A stretch of 62,965 nucleotides of DNA, the filler included. It is 8 parts of 8 records of this genome, joined end to end, with 100 filler letters (N's around TTAATTAATTAA, not from the genome) between each part and the next. Parts side by side here need not be neighbours in the genome. Positions count along the whole stretch, not along the records: positions 55,166 to 62,965 come from SRR7504441_1453; 7 more parts are not named here. One strand, written 5' to 3'. The notes under the pieces were generated by a model. It did not search any database, was not told the origin of the DNA, and saw only the letters and a list, made by a program, of their open reading frames with translations. Below, in pieces: positions 61,605 through 62,965 of the stretch; the stretch's first letter is position 1; every line of letters starts with the position of its first letter. Made by a program: the position numbers and the translations under genes.

Positions 61605-62923
61605 TTAGTTCAATGGCATCCGAGCCACACCAACATCATAGCCGCCGCCTTCGATGCCTGGCACTGGTGGATCAAAGGTCTTTTGAAAGGCCATCACCAG
61701 AACGTTCCCCCCTGCACCATCAGGGGCAACCACCGCATCAGAATAGCCGGCCCCCCCTGCATAAACCCTGTCCACAAACTGCCAACTGTCACCACCATCC
61801 AGTGACTGATGCAAAGTGTAATTCGAGCGGGCGCCGGTGACATTCCCAGGCTTGCTCCAGTACATCTTGTTGCTCAGCTTCGGGTCGGAGCACAGTGCGT
61901 TGTCGCAGGTGGCGGCTGCAAGATCAGGCTGCCGATTGTTGGCTCCCACGGGGTCTCCCGGTACACCGCCAGTAAACCAAATCTCAGCCCACGACCTCCC
62001 TCCGTCATCGCTACGCGCGAATCCTCTGTGCCGGCCACAGGACGCGCTCGGACCGAAGTAGCAAGACTCGACTCGCGAGGCCATCAGCAGGCTCCCGTTC
62101 TGCATCTCCGCAATCTGACACTCGGTCCAGCTGGCCGGGAGCAGCTGCCCCATCTGCCAGCTCAGCCCGAGATCATCCGTGTACAGCACAAACGAGCGCA
62201 TCCAGTCCGACGAGTTGCCCGGGTGCCTGGCGCAGTCAAACCGCCTAGCGTACGCTAACCGGCCGGCGTATTTGCCTCTCTGGAGCTGAATACCGTGATT
62301 CAACCCGCCCCCAATGCTGCCCCCGGGCCCGGTGAGCCCCTCGCCGCCGGGGAGACTCACTAGTGCGGTCCGACGGAGTTGTTCACCGCCACCGGCCGGG
62401 GAGCCGACCAGGTCTTGCCATCGTCCCCTGAGACCGAAAGCCCGCCCACACACCCGGCGAGCTGCTCAGGGCTCGGCTTTTGGGCCAGCTGGTCAGCCCA
62501 GATCGGGCTGCCGCCTTCGGGCGGGCCGGCGGGCCGGGCGAGGGGCCCGAGCAGCCCGCCGGAAGCCGCTGTCTTGTTGTCATAGGCCACGAGCATCAGG
62601 ATCTGCCCGCTGCTCTTGACGTAGGCCGACTGGCCCAGTCCGTGCGGCAGGTCGATCGGCGGGCCCCAGGTGCGCAGCCCATCGCGAGACTGGATCAGCG
62701 TGGTGAACGGGGCTGCCCGTTGCTGGTCGCCGCCCCGCTTGCACATGCCGTACAGGAGGGTGGTGTTGCTGTTGGTTGTGAGCAACATGGGGCACCACCA
62801 GCTCTGGCAGGAAGTGCCGTTCGCCCGCTTGTCGCCGGGCAGTGGGACCGTCACCGGCAGGTCAGCCATGCTCAGCTCCACCAGGACCGGCAGCCACCAC
62901 ACGCAGCGCGCCAGTCGAGCCAT
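61605..62923 (-). CDS. Secreted BNR/Asp-box sialidase-like (GH33) protein, one intron
   Basis: Five Asp-boxes (SRDGLRTW, SGDDGKTW, TDDLGLSW, SDDGGRSW, SLDGGDSW), GIQL..G...GRL, TECQ, GAGYSD; intron ~62317-62360. Confidence 0.85.
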
Positions 62924-62965
62924 ATAACGGCCGGCGCAGCAGCTGCCCGGACGGCGCATGCACCC

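Overview
This is eukaryotic (protist-type) genomic DNA, not a prokaryotic locus. It consists of eight unrelated contigs joined by artificial 100-nt linkers (N-run, TTAATTAATTAA, N-run), so no synteny can be inferred across linkers. The genome is gene-dense. It has many spliceosomal mini-introns (mostly ~35-50 nt), many GC-AG introns, and very short spacers between head-to-head genes. Genes reconstructed by manual splicing: a DUF5765-like membrane protein, a BEACH/WD40 protein, NTF2, a small CAAX protein, tubulin cofactor D, a LysM/Tudor/PHD SNF2 ATPase, a secreted carboxylesterase, a Calx-beta plus voltage-sensor membrane protein resembling ion-channel adenylyl cyclases without a visible cyclase, a RAD16-like ATPase, an esterase/AA15-like LPMO divergent pair, an APC permease, a giant ankyrin/EF-hand/pseudo-calpain protein, a DUSP-USP, Rab6, SDE2, a zinc-less sirtuin, sarcosine dehydrogenase, a DUF3472-like secreted protein, a WGR plus GINS-Psf1 B-domain fusion, and a GH33-like sialidase. 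The best novelty candidates are the WGR-GINS(B) fusion, the LysM-bearing chromatin remodeller, the cyclase-less voltage-sensor protein, and an intron apparently born by exon duplication plus palindromic filler. Domain calls come from motif recognition by eye; no database searches were run.
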